A stretch of 64,000 bases of DNA from Bacteroidales bacterium UBA1800. GTDB lineage: Bacteria; Bacteroidota; Bacteroidia; Bacteroidales; VadinHA17. The translations under genes were made by a program, and so were the position numbers. Position 1 is the stretch's first letter, and each line of letters begins with the position of its first letter. Below are positions 9,363 through 19,399 of the stretch, one piece after another. The stretch is from contig DCFQ01000103.1 of the NCBI GenBank assembly GCA_002319915.1, forward strand, positions 12,653 to 76,652. The letters run 5' to 3'. The notes beneath the pieces are model-generated. The model had not been told where the DNA came from. It made no database searches and worked only from the letters and a program-made list of their open reading frames with translations.

Positions 9363-10745
9363 ATGACATTAGTAAAATCTATTTCAGGGATCCGCGGTAC
9401 TATTGGAGGGACTCCGGGTGATAATCTTACTCCGCTGGATATTGTGAAGTTCACAGCAGCCTATGGCACATGGCTGGGCAGGAGGCACGGAAGCGGCAGG
9501 ATCAGTGTGGTTGTGGGCCGCGATGCCAGGCGGTCGGGAGAGATGGTCAACAGGATGGTTGTTTACACCCTACGCAGCCTTGGAATAGACGTTACTGACC
9601 TGGGGCTTGCCACCACGCCGACAGTGGAACTGGCCGTTACCGGTACAGCTTCTGCTGGCGGGATCATAATTACAGCCAGTCATAACCCGGCCGAATGGAA
9701 TGCACTGAAGCTGCTCAACAGCGATGGTGAATTCCTTTCATCGGCTGACGGGGTTGAAGTTCTGGCAATTGCCGGGTCGGAGAGCTTCACGTTTGCCCCG
9801 CTCGACGGGTTCGGATCATTCGCTTCAGACAGCTCCTGGAACAGCAGGCATATTGAAATGGTAAAAGGATTAAAGCTGGTGGATCCCGAAGCCATTGAGG
9901 CAGCTGGCTTTTCCGTGGCGATCGATTGCGTGAATTCGGTGGGAGGAATCATAGTCCCAGACCTGCTGCGGGCACTGGGTGTCAGGAAGATAATAGAGCT
10001 CAACACCATTCCTAACGGGTACTTTGCCCATAATCCGGAGCCATTGCCGAAAAACCTCACCGAGATTTCGGGACTGGTAGTAAAGGAAAAAGCTGACCTC
10101 GGGCTTGTGGTCGATCCCGATGTGGACCGCCTTGCAATTGTTTGTGAAGACGGAACGATGTTTGGCGAAGAATATACACTCGTTTCGGTGGCGGATTATG
10201 TCCTCAGGAATACCCCGGGAAACACCGTGTCGAACCTCTCTTCGACAAGGGCCCTGATGGATGTAACGGTACAATACGGGTACAGGTACTTTACTGCTGC
10301 TGTCGGGGAGGTCAATGTGGTTGAAGAAATGAAAAAACGGAACGCAGTGATCGGTGGGGAAGGCAATGGCGGAGTGATCTATCCTGAGATCCACTATGGG
10401 CGCGATGCACTGGTGGGAATTGGCTTGTTCCTCACGCACCTTGCAAAAAGCAGGAAGAAATGCTCGGAACTGAGAAGGCTCTACCCGGATTACTTCATAG
10501 CCAAAAAACGCATGGATGTCGCTGAGGGGACAGACTTCAGCCAGGTGCTCGGTAGGATTCGAAATGCATTTAAGGGATCCGAGATCGATGAGAGGGATGG
10601 TATGAGGATTGAGCAGAAGGACGGATGGGTCCAGATCCGCAAATCCAATACCGAGCCGATCATAAGGATCTATGCGGAAGCGGCAACCGAAGACGAGGCG
10701 GAAAAGCTTGCCGAAAATGTCATAAAAATTGTTAAAAACGCCTGA
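9363..10745 (+). CDS. glmM: Phosphoglucosamine mutase (alpha-D-phosphohexomutase superfamily)
   Basis: Active-site loop TASHNPAEWNALK, metal loop VDPDVDRL, and sugar loop GGEGNGG. Length is 460 aa. Confidence 0.85.
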   Translation: MTLVKSISGIRGTIGGTPGDNLTPLDIVKFTAAYGTWLGRRHGSGRISVVVGRDARRSGEMVNRMVVYTLRSLGIDVTDLGLATTPTVELAVTGTASAGGIIITASHNPAEWNALKLLNSDGEFLSSADGVEVLAIAGSESFTFAPLDGFGSFASDSSWNSRHIEMVKGLKLVDPEAIEAAGFSVAIDCVNSVGGIIVPDLLRALGVRKIIELNTIPNGYFAHNPEPLPKNLTEISGLVVKEKADLGLVVDPDVDRLAIVCEDGTMFGEEYTLVSVADYVLRNTPGNTVSNLSSTRALMDVTVQYGYRYFTAAVGEVNVVEEMKKRNAVIGGEGNGGVIYPEIHYGRDALVGIGLFLTHLAKSRKKCSELRRLYPDYFIAKKRMDVAEGTDFSQVLGRIRNAFKGSEIDERDGMRIEQKDGWVQIRKSNTEPIIRIYAEAATEDEAEKLAENVIKIVKNA

Positions 10746-10918
10746 TGACCCTGTTTTTCTGCCTTTAGGCAGGAATAAATGCCTGTTGTGGGATGTCTTA
10801 AAGCCGGGACCTGATCATATTAAGTTAAAAGTTGTTAAGAAAGGATTCCCGAGCCCAAATTTAGTAAATTTGTGGCCTGTTTATGAAGATGCATTTAAAA
10901 CCAATAAGTTAAATCTAA

Positions 10919-12511
10919 ATGAAACGCACGCTTATTATCACTGGTATTGTCGTAATTGCAGCTATTGCAATTCTTATAGTTATCGGCAAGTTGACCAAAA
11001 AGAAGGAAGTTGCCAACCTGTATGTTCAGGCACAAAAGGGGCAGTTTCAGATTGTCGTCTCGACTACCGGTGAACTGCAGGCCGAGAAATCAACCGACAT
11101 CATCGGTCCCGACTTTACTATGAGCAGAAATATCAGGGCGATGGATATTAAAATAACCGACCTGGTCCCGGAAGGAACGGAGGTTAAAAAAGGTGATTAT
11201 GTGGCAACGCTCGACAGAACCTCGTTCGACAACAGCCTGAAGGATGAAAATGACAAGCTGATAACCGCCGAGAACAATGTCGAGGTCAAAATGCTCGATA
11301 CTGCAGTTACCTTGAGTGAGCTGAGGGACAATATCAAGAACCTGAGATATTCTGTTGAAGAGGCTGCCATAACCGTCCAGGAATCGAAGTACGAACCCCC
11401 GACAACCATCCGGCAGGCTGAGATCTCCCTCGACAAGGCAAAGCGTAACCTCGACCAGTCAATTAAAACCTACGGACTGAAAACCCAGCAGGCCAGGACC
11501 GATATGAGGACCCTTAAGAAAACTCTTTCGGACCAGCGCCAGAGAGTAAATGATTTTGCAGCCATACTTGAAAGATTTCTCATTAAGGCGCCAGCCGACG
11601 GCATGGTCATTTACAAAAGGGACAGGATGAATGCAAAAAGGAAGGTCGGTTCGTCAATATCGCCATGGGACAACGTGGTAGCTACACTACCCGATATGTC
11701 AGTAATGATCTCCAAAACATATGTCAATGAAATTGATGTGAGCAAAGTCAAGTCCGGCCAGAAGGTCGAGATCGTCGTGGATGCATTTCCCGAGAAATCC
11801 TACACAGGCGAGGTGGTCAGCGTGGCCAACATCGGTGAACAGCTTCCGAATGCCGATGCAAAGGTGTTTGAAGTTCAGATCCAGGTCGACGGTTCGGACC
11901 CGATCCTGAGGCCATCGATGACGACAGGTAACAAGATCATCACAAAGACCATCAAGGATGTGACGTATATTCCGCTTGAATGCGTACAGACCGGTACAGA
12001 CAGCATCCCGTTCGTTTACACCAGGAACGGCAACAAGCAGATTGTGCTTCTGGGGGAATCAAATGAAAACAACGTGATTGTCGAACAGGGAGTGAAGCCG
12101 GGGGAATCACTTTACCTCAGCACCCCTGCTAAACCTTCAGGATTCAGGACTTCAGGCCAGGACCTTATCGCCCTTAACCGGCAGCGTGCGAAAGAGAAGC
12201 AGGCTGAAGAGGTAAGGGTCAGGGAGGAAGCCGCCAAGGCAGCGGCTAACAGGCAGCAGATGCCCATGGGCGGGCCGATGAATCCCGAAATGATGGGAAG
12301 GTTCAGCAACATGAGAGGCGGGACCATGCCGACTGGCCAGGCCGGCGGAGTCAGGGATACGGCCAGGATGAGGCGTTTCATGCAGATGCGCAATGGCCAG
12401 CAGGGCATACAGCAGGGAGCAGGAAAGGACACTTCGGCAAGGAGAAACCGTAATATCCAGGGGACTACCCAGCAAGGCGACCGGCAGCAGGGACCGGACT
12501 CCAAACGATAG
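10919..12511 (+). CDS. HlyD/MacA-type periplasmic adaptor with a long Met/Gln/Arg/Gly-rich C-terminal tail
   Basis: N-terminal TM anchor (IITGIVVIAAIAILIVI), a coiled-coil hairpin region, and barrel-like segments (GQKVEIVVDAFPEKSYTGEVVSVA). The last 125 aa or so are low complexity. Confidence 0.8.
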   Translation: MKRTLIITGIVVIAAIAILIVIGKLTKKKEVANLYVQAQKGQFQIVVSTTGELQAEKSTDIIGPDFTMSRNIRAMDIKITDLVPEGTEVKKGDYVATLDRTSFDNSLKDENDKLITAENNVEVKMLDTAVTLSELRDNIKNLRYSVEEAAITVQESKYEPPTTIRQAEISLDKAKRNLDQSIKTYGLKTQQARTDMRTLKKTLSDQRQRVNDFAAILERFLIKAPADGMVIYKRDRMNAKRKVGSSISPWDNVVATLPDMSVMISKTYVNEIDVSKVKSGQKVEIVVDAFPEKSYTGEVVSVANIGEQLPNADAKVFEVQIQVDGSDPILRPSMTTGNKIITKTIKDVTYIPLECVQTGTDSIPFVYTRNGNKQIVLLGESNENNVIVEQGVKPGESLYLSTPAKPSGFRTSGQDLIALNRQRAKEKQAEEVRVREEAAKAAANRQQMPMGGPMNPEMMGRFSNMRGGTMPTGQAGGVRDTARMRRFMQMRNGQQGIQQGAGKDTSARRNRNIQGTTQQGDRQQGPDSKR

Positions 12512-12541
12512 ATCAAACAAAAACTTAAAACCTTTACCGGT

Positions 12542-13921
12542 ATGTTAAAGTTCTTCTTCAGGTATTTCCATGATATGGAAATAGCGGTCGAATCAATCAT
12601 TTCGAACAAGCTCAAGTCTATGCTTACCGCACTTGGGATAATCTTCGGCGTTGCTGCCGTAATTGCGATGCTGGCAATAGGAAAAGGTGCAAAGCAGGAG
12701 ATCATGGAACAAATGAAGATGGTCGGGGTGAACAATATCCTGATCAATCCCATAATCCCTGAAAAGAGCTCCTCAAGTGAAAGCGGTGAAGAAAAAGAGC
12801 AGAAGAAATTTTCCCGGGGACTGAGCATGCAGGATGTCGAGTCAATCAGGCAGACCCTTCCTTCGGTTAAGAGAATAAGCCCTGAGATCTCCTTTAACTC
12901 CATTGCAATGCTGAACGGGGTGAAGTACACTGCCAAGCTGGTCGGGGTTTCAAACGATTATTTCCATCTTTACAATCTTCCTCTCATTGAAGGATCATTC
13001 TTCAATAAGTTCCAGGAATACAACGGGATACAGGTATGTATCATAGGAGCGAATATCAGGGCGAAGTTTTTCAGCCAGATCGAGCCGATTGGGCAGTATA
13101 TCAAGTTCAACGGCATATGGCTCAAGGTTATAGGGGTACTTCAGAAGACAAATGTCAACCTGACTGGTTTCGAGGAAAAAGGCGTCAATGTTTACAACGA
13201 TAATATTTACATCCCAATACAGACAATGCTCCTGAGATATGAGAACAGGGGACTCGTCAACACCAAGCTGGTTTCGGAAGCATCTTCAAATGCCATGATC
13301 TTTGGCGGCCCGGGGTTTATGAGTATCGTCGCAGGAAGCAGCACTTCAGCCAGCAGTGCAGAGACAAACTACAACCAGCTCGACAGGATCGTTGTCCAGG
13401 TAAGCGAAACCGAACAGCTCAAGCCGACAACCGAGATCCTCAGCAGGATGTTTACGCGCCGCCATTCAGGAGTGAAGGATTTCGAGATAACTGTTCCGGA
13501 GCTTCTCCTTAAGCAGCAACAAAGGACAAAGGACATTTTCAATATAGTACTGGGAGCCATTGCAAGTATTTCACTCATTGTCGGGGGGATCGGCATTATG
13601 AATATCATGTTTGCCTCGGTGATGGAAAGGATAAAGGAAATTGGCACCAGGATGGCAATCGGGGCAAAAAAGATGGATATTGTCGTTCAGTTCCTTTCCG
13701 AGGCAGTGCTGATAAGCGTTTCAGGCGGCTTCATAGGGATCTTCCTCGGAGTGATAATGGCAAAGCTGATCCAGCAGATCGCGGGAATTATGACCATAGT
13801 CTCCTTTTTCTCGGTCTTCATTGCCTTCGGGGTATCGGCGGCTGTAGGGGTCGTGTTCGGATATTCCCCGGCAAAAAGAGCATCGGAAAAGGACCCGATC
13901 GAATCATTGAGATACGAATAA
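12542..13921 (+). CDS. MacB/FtsX-type ABC transporter permease (no fused ATPase)
   Basis: N-terminal TM, a large periplasmic domain, and the C-terminal FtsX 3-TM module with ERIKEIGTRMAIGAKKMDIVVQFLSEA. The stop overlaps the next ATG (TAATG). Confidence 0.85.
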   Translation: MLKFFFRYFHDMEIAVESIISNKLKSMLTALGIIFGVAAVIAMLAIGKGAKQEIMEQMKMVGVNNILINPIIPEKSSSSESGEEKEQKKFSRGLSMQDVESIRQTLPSVKRISPEISFNSIAMLNGVKYTAKLVGVSNDYFHLYNLPLIEGSFFNKFQEYNGIQVCIIGANIRAKFFSQIEPIGQYIKFNGIWLKVIGVLQKTNVNLTGFEEKGVNVYNDNIYIPIQTMLLRYENRGLVNTKLVSEASSNAMIFGGPGFMSIVAGSSTSASSAETNYNQLDRIVVQVSETEQLKPTTEILSRMFTRRHSGVKDFEITVPELLLKQQQRTKDIFNIVLGAIASISLIVGGIGIMNIMFASVMERIKEIGTRMAIGAKKMDIVVQFLSEAVLISVSGGFIGIFLGVIMAKLIQQIAGIMTIVSFFSVFIAFGVSAAVGVVFGYSPAKRASEKDPIESLRYE

Positions 13922-15423
13922 TGTTTTTAGATATGAAAAAGTTGTTTTTGCTGCCGGCTGTTGCAGTACTTATGTTTGTATTCCAGCGGGCGGAAGCCCA
14001 GGAGATCAAGAGGCTCAAGTTCAATGAGGTCATTGACCTGTCCGAGGGACAATCGCCCCAGGCGCTGATCGCCAAACACAGGTTCCGCGCCAGTTACTGG
14101 CAATACAGGACATTTATCGCCCAGTACAGGCCGTCACTTACGCTTACCGGAACCACTCCCCAGTACAGCACCGCATATGAGAGGGTGTGGAATTCTGCGA
14201 CCAATACCTGGGATTATGTGTCATCAAATACCCTTACCGACATCGGGTCACTTTCGCTGGCGCAGAACATCGGCCTTACGGGAGGTTCCATATTCCTCAA
14301 TTCAAGCCTTACCTTGTTCAACGATTTTGAAAAGGACGCCTTCATTCCTAGGAACTACATTACAGTCCCGCTGGGGATCGGAATTAACCAGCCGATCTTC
14401 AGGTATAACTCACTGAAGTGGCAGAAAAAAACGGAGCCTCTTAAATACGAAGCAGCAAAAAAGACCTTCCTTTACAATATAGAAACTGTTCATCTTCAGG
14501 CGGTCCAGTACTTTTTCGGGCTTGCACTGGCGCAGATCAACAAGCAGATTGCCGATATGAATTATTCTAATGCCGACACTCTCTACCGTATCGCCCAGGG
14601 TCGCTACCAGCTCGGAACGATCGCCGAGAACGAGCTGCTGGAACTGCAGCTTCAATGGCTGAACACTAAAACAAATGTCCAGGCTGCTGAGATGAACCTG
14701 AGGGACAGGGAAATACGACTCAGATCTTTCCTTGGATTCAATGACAACATCAGGCTCGAGCTGGATATTCCTTCCGGGATCCCGGATCTGCAGGTGAGCC
14801 CACAGGAGGTGCTCAACCTGGCGATGGCTAACAACCCTGAGATATTCAACCAGCAGCTGACGGTGCTTACAGCCCAGTCGAACGTGGCACAGGCAAAGGC
14901 AGAGAAGGGACTGAACGCTAACCTGTCACTCTCTTACGGATTACGCAATCAAAACCCCGATTTCTCAATGGCCTATGAAAAGCCGGCGAAACAACAGGTG
15001 GTAAACCTTGCATTTACATTGCCGATCGTTGACTGGGGCCTGGGCAGGGGAAAGTACAAGGTTGCCAAATCGAGCCTTGAGCTTGCCCAGGTGCAGTCGC
15101 AGCAGGCGATCATCGATTTCCAGGCAAACCTGCTTCTGGATGTGGAGCAGTTCAACCTCCAGGCGGCACAGGTTGCCGTTGCCGCCAAATCCGACACGGT
15201 AGCCAGGAAGATGTTCGAAGTTACAAAGCAGAGGTTCCTTATTGGAAAGATCCAGGTGCTGGAGCTGAACAATGCCGATACTAAAAAGGACCAGAACCGC
15301 AGGGCATGGGTCCAGTCGCTTCAGGATTACTGGAACTATTTCTTCACAGTCAGGAGCCTGGCACTCTACGACTTTGTGGCAAGGAAACCGCTTGAATCCG
15401 ACTACGAGAACCTGGTCAGGTAA
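13921..15423 (+). CDS. TolC-family outer membrane efflux protein
   Basis: Signal peptide (KKLFLLPAVAVLMFVFQRAEA) and two repeats of long helical and beta segments typical of OEP/TolC. An alternative start lies at 13933. Confidence 0.85.
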   Translation: MFLDMKKLFLLPAVAVLMFVFQRAEAQEIKRLKFNEVIDLSEGQSPQALIAKHRFRASYWQYRTFIAQYRPSLTLTGTTPQYSTAYERVWNSATNTWDYVSSNTLTDIGSLSLAQNIGLTGGSIFLNSSLTLFNDFEKDAFIPRNYITVPLGIGINQPIFRYNSLKWQKKTEPLKYEAAKKTFLYNIETVHLQAVQYFFGLALAQINKQIADMNYSNADTLYRIAQGRYQLGTIAENELLELQLQWLNTKTNVQAAEMNLRDREIRLRSFLGFNDNIRLELDIPSGIPDLQVSPQEVLNLAMANNPEIFNQQLTVLTAQSNVAQAKAEKGLNANLSLSYGLRNQNPDFSMAYEKPAKQQVVNLAFTLPIVDWGLGRGKYKVAKSSLELAQVQSQQAIIDFQANLLLDVEQFNLQAAQVAVAAKSDTVARKMFEVTKQRFLIGKIQVLELNNADTKKDQNRRAWVQSLQDYWNYFFTVRSLALYDFVARKPLESDYENLVR

Positions 15424-15496
15424 AGCTTTCTTAAGAACTTACACCGAAGGCCGCGGGGTCGGTTATCTGATCTCAGTGAGCCTCAGTGCATTCTCA

Positions 15497-15515
15497 GTGT
15501 AACCCCGTGTTACAC
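15497..15515 (+). terminator. Hairpin gtgtaac-N5-gttacac downstream of the TolC gene, preceded by three ctcagtg direct repeats
   Basis: Perfect 7-bp stem with a 5-nt loop, 74 nt after the stop codon. There is no U-tract, so terminator function is uncertain. Confidence 0.3.
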
Positions 15516-15579
15516 CGCCGGAGCACAATGGTTAACTGCACTTTTGAGCCAACCGTCTTTTTTTTTCTAATACTTTTCT

Positions 15580-15587
15580 TAACTTTG
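15580..15587 (+). promoter_or_regulatory. Candidate -7 box (TAACTTTG) for secDF
   Basis: Exact TAnnTTTG match 52 nt upstream of the ATG at 15639. I saw no correctly spaced -33 element. Confidence 0.35.
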
Positions 15588-15638
15588 CGCCTCAATAAAG
15601 CAGCATCCACGTAAATCTGAACAAACAAAATAGACCAA

Positions 15639-18600
15639 ATGCAAAACAAAGTAGCCATCATCATTCTTTCGGTAGCATTGTTCCTGGTATCAGCCTACCA
15701 GCTTTCATTCACGGGTGCGACTTACAAAGTGAACAGTGACGCCAAAAAATATGCCAAGGGAGACCTCGTCAAACAACGCAATTATATCGATTCAATTTCA
15801 GCGCTTCCAAAGGAAAAGTGGAGTTTCCTTGGCTACACCTTCAAGGAGTGCGAAAGGAAGCAGCTGAATCTCGGACTTGACCTCAAAGGCGGAATGAACG
15901 TCATTCTCGAGGTATCCATCGAGGACGTCCTGAAATCACTTTCAAACTACAGCACCGACAAGACCTTCCATGATGCGCTTGCACGGGCCAGGCAAATGCA
16001 GAAACAAAGCCAGGCTGATTTTCTGACGCTGTTCGGAAGAGCATTCCAGGAAATTGACCCGAACGCACGGCTTGCTGCTATATTCGGAACACCTGCCCTC
16101 CGTGACAAGATCAACTTCAACTCTACTAACGAACAGGTGATGAACGTCCTCAGCGACGAAGTAAATGTTGCGATCGACAATGCATTCAATATTCTTCGTA
16201 CCAGGATCGACCGGTTCGGGGTTGTTCAGCCAAATATTACAAAGCTATCCACCAAGGGAAGGATACTGATCGAACTTCCCGGTCAGGAAAATCCGAAACG
16301 TGTCCGTGAGCTTTTGCAGGGAACGGCAAATCTCGAATTCTGGGAAACCTACCAGAACAGTGAGATCCTTCCTTACCTTTCCGAAGCCAATAAGATGCTG
16401 AAGGAGATCCGGACAAGCACTGCTGCGAAAGATACAACTGCATCTGCCGCTTCAAAGAGTGTCGCAGCAGCCGATACCACCAAAAAGGAGGAAGCTCTTC
16501 TTGACCTGATCAAAAAGGACACCACCAAAGCTTCAAAAGCTGAGACTGAATCACGGGCAGAGTTCAACCGCCAGAATCCACTGTTCGGAGTCCTCAACCC
16601 GCGTGTCGATGGACAGGGGCAGCCGCTTCCGTCGTGTATGATCGGACTGGCAGCGGTAAATGACACTGCAACGGTTGATAATTTACTGAAGATGCCGCAG
16701 ATAAAGGCGATCTTCCCGCGTGATCTTAAGCTTTACTGGAGCCAGAACCCTTACAAATATGATCCTACAAAAACATTCTATGAGCTTCATGCCATCAAGG
16801 TCACTACCCGCGACGGAAGGGCTCCTCTGAGCGGAGACGTCATTACGTCTGCAAGACCTACCTCAGGTGTGACAGGCTCCGAAGTAAAGGTTGATTTCAG
16901 CATGAATGCCGATGGTGCAAAGACCTGGGCAAGAATGACAAGAGATAATATCGGAAGGTGTATTGCAGTGGTGCTCGACGGATATGTACGCTCTTATCCT
17001 AATGTTGTCAATGAGATTACAGGCGGAAATACCGAAATAACAGGGGATTTTACCATCGATGAGGCAACCGACCTTGCCAATATCCTGAAATCAGGCAAGA
17101 TGCCGGCTCCGGCAAAGATCGTTTCCGATACTGTTGTCGGTCCGACACTTGGCAAGGAGGCAATCAGTTCCGGTTTCGCTTCATTCATCATAGCATTTGT
17201 CCTGGTTCTTGCATTCATGATCTTCTATTACAGCAAGAGCGCCGGTACAATTGCAGATATTGCACTGTTTACTAACGTCTTTCTGCTGTTCGGAGTCCTG
17301 GCATCCCTTAATGCAGTACTCACGCTGCCCGGTATTGCCGGTATCGTGCTTACCATGGGTATGGCGGTTGATGCAAACGTGCTTATTTATGAACGAATAC
17401 GTGAGGAACTTCGTGCAGGCAAAGGGATCAAGCTCGCTATTGCTGACGGCTACAGGCGTGCATATTCCGCCATCATCGACTCCAACGTTACCACAATACT
17501 GACCGGTATAGTTCTCTACCTGTTCGGACAGGGACCGATCAAAGGATTTGCAACAACCCTTGTGATCGGGATCCTTACATCAATGTTCACATCGATCTTC
17601 ATTACCAGGCTTATTTATGAATACCTGCTCAAGAGAAATGCGAACCTTACTTTCTCGATCAAGATCACTGCAAATCTTTTCAAACATACCCATATCGATT
17701 TCATCGGGATGAGGAAGTATTTTTATATCGGCTCCGCAGTGATACTTCTGGCAGGCATAATCTCCCTGTTTGTAAGAGGCCTTAACCCGGGAATCGACTT
17801 TACCGGAGGAAGGACCTATGTGGTGAAATTTGACAAGCCGGTAAGGACCGAAGATATTGCAAGCAGTCTTAATGTGGCATTCGGCGAGCTCCCGCAGGTG
17901 GTTACATTCGGAAGCACCGACCAGGTGAAGATTACCACCAAATACAAAATCAATGAAGCCGCAGCGGAAGATGAAGTGCAGACAAAGCTGTATGACGGGC
18001 TCAAGTCATTCCTGCCACAGGGCGAAACAAAAGACCAGTTCACATCACAGAATATAAGACAGAGTGAAACCGTGGGACCGGTAGTCGCTGCCGACATCAA
18101 GATCAATGCCTATTACGCAGTTGCCATTGCACTTGTCCTGATATTCTTCTACATCTTCATGAGGTTCAGGTACTGGCAATATGGCTTCGGAGCCGTTATG
18201 TCGCTTGTTCATGATACCTTGCTGGTAATAGGTGTATACTCACTGCTATGGGGGATAATGCCATTCTCAATGGAGATCGACCAGGCATTTATTGCAGCGG
18301 TCCTGACAGTGATAGGGTTCTCGGTGAACGATACGGTGATCGTCTTTGACAGGCTCAGGGAGTATATCCCGATCTACCGCAAACGTCCCCTCAAAGAGGT
18401 CCTGAATATGGCCATGAATGCAACCCTGAGCCGTACCATCAATACCACCCTGACAGTTATGCTCACCATCTTTGCGATGTTCTTCTTCGGCGGTGCAGTG
18501 ATCAGGGGATTCATGTTCGCACTTATGATCGGTATCGGTACAGGCGTTTATTCATCAGTGTTCATTGCTGCGATGCTCATGTACGACACTATCAAAAAGG

Positions 18601-18659
18601 ACACAAAGGAGATCGAAGCAAAAGTCCCGGCAAAATCGAGCGCTGACGTGGTTAAGTAA
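15639..18659 (+). CDS. secDF: Fused protein translocase subunit SecDF
   Basis: 1006 aa. The SecD periplasmic domain is followed by two 6-TM modules with GMAVDANVLIYERIREE and GFSVNDTVIVFDRLRE. The fusion is typical of Bacteroidota. Confidence 0.95.
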   Translation: MQNKVAIIILSVALFLVSAYQLSFTGATYKVNSDAKKYAKGDLVKQRNYIDSISALPKEKWSFLGYTFKECERKQLNLGLDLKGGMNVILEVSIEDVLKSLSNYSTDKTFHDALARARQMQKQSQADFLTLFGRAFQEIDPNARLAAIFGTPALRDKINFNSTNEQVMNVLSDEVNVAIDNAFNILRTRIDRFGVVQPNITKLSTKGRILIELPGQENPKRVRELLQGTANLEFWETYQNSEILPYLSEANKMLKEIRTSTAAKDTTASAASKSVAAADTTKKEEALLDLIKKDTTKASKAETESRAEFNRQNPLFGVLNPRVDGQGQPLPSCMIGLAAVNDTATVDNLLKMPQIKAIFPRDLKLYWSQNPYKYDPTKTFYELHAIKVTTRDGRAPLSGDVITSARPTSGVTGSEVKVDFSMNADGAKTWARMTRDNIGRCIAVVLDGYVRSYPNVVNEITGGNTEITGDFTIDEATDLANILKSGKMPAPAKIVSDTVVGPTLGKEAISSGFASFIIAFVLVLAFMIFYYSKSAGTIADIALFTNVFLLFGVLASLNAVLTLPGIAGIVLTMGMAVDANVLIYERIREELRAGKGIKLAIADGYRRAYSAIIDSNVTTILTGIVLYLFGQGPIKGFATTLVIGILTSMFTSIFITRLIYEYLLKRNANLTFSIKITANLFKHTHIDFIGMRKYFYIGSAVILLAGIISLFVRGLNPGIDFTGGRTYVVKFDKPVRTEDIASSLNVAFGELPQVVTFGSTDQVKITTKYKINEAAAEDEVQTKLYDGLKSFLPQGETKDQFTSQNIRQSETVGPVVAADIKINAYYAVAIALVLIFFYIFMRFRYWQYGFGAVMSLVHDTLLVIGVYSLLWGIMPFSMEIDQAFIAAVLTVIGFSVNDTVIVFDRLREYIPIYRKRPLKEVLNMAMNATLSRTINTTLTVMLTIFAMFFFGGAVIRGFMFALMIGIGTGVYSSVFIAAMLMYDTIKKDTKEIEAKVPAKSSADVVK

Positions 18660-18689
18660 GAAGCAGGTTAACTGACAAATATTTTGTTT

Positions 18690-18756
18690 CACGGAGATCA
18701 CAGAGAATTTGCCACCGGCCCCCTAAAGGGGGTATGAGTACTCTGTGATCTCTGTG
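18690..18756. repeat. Palindromic intergenic element (cacggagatcacagag ... ctctgtgatctctgtg) with an inner ccccc-taaa-ggggg hairpin
   Basis: 16-nt inverted arms with one mismatch at 18690-18705 and 18741-18756. The inner hairpin is at 18719-18732. It lies just after the secDF stop. Confidence 0.6.
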
Positions 18757-18886
18757 TCTCCTCCTGGGTTCCTCTGTGAAATTTTCAAATCCACAGTTGT
18801 TGACAATCTTTGTTACCGGATTAAATTTCATATTATTTTAATAACTTTACACTCCTAATATTTAGTCAGAAAGACAAGAGGGGTAT

Positions 18887-19342
18887 ATGAGCGGACAGGA
18901 GATATTTGTCATTATAATTGTTGCCCTGCTTTTGTTCGGGGCAGACAAATTGCCGGAGATCGCACGGGGGCTCGCAAAGGGCATGAGGGATTTCAAGAAG
19001 GCTACAGACGATCTTAAGCGTGAATTTGAGGAGAGCACCAGCGATCTGAGGCGCGATCTTACCGAGGTTTCTGGTTCAATCAGCAGTGATGTCCAGGACA
19101 TTACCAATAATATCAGGACCAATGTCAACGAGGTATCGGGGGACCTGAGGCAGGAGATTCACAACTTCAAGTCGGATGTCCAGGGCAATGTCGATGAGGT
19201 AAAGGAGAACATAGATAAACAGATTGCTGATATAAATGATGTCAATAAGGAGCCGCAGGGCCAGGCAGAGCCTGCAAAGGAGCCAGAACCGGCGCCGGGG
19301 CAGCCGGCAGGTACTGAAACTCCTTCAGGAACCGCCAGTTGA
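18887..19342 (+). CDS. tatA: Twin-arginine translocase TatA/TatE-family subunit with a long acidic, Pro-rich C-terminal tail
   Basis: N-terminus IFVIIIVALLLFGADKLPEIARGLAKGMRDFKKA is the TatA TM plus amphipathic helix signature. No tatC is adjacent. Confidence 0.8.
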   Translation: MSGQEIFVIIIVALLLFGADKLPEIARGLAKGMRDFKKATDDLKREFEESTSDLRRDLTEVSGSISSDVQDITNNIRTNVNEVSGDLRQEIHNFKSDVQGNVDEVKENIDKQIADINDVNKEPQGQAEPAKEPEPAPGQPAGTETPSGTAS

Positions 19343-19399
19343 GGGCAAAGACTGCACTGCACAGCCTGCTGAACTGTTCCGGAACATCCGCCTGATCTC

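Noticed and set aside
10729-11073. 114-aa ORF across the glmM / adaptor intergenic region
   Set aside because: It overlaps the 3' end of glmM and the 5' end of the adaptor gene in other frames, and it has no motifs. The region contains a candidate -7 box (taaatttg, 10865-10872) for the adaptor operon instead.
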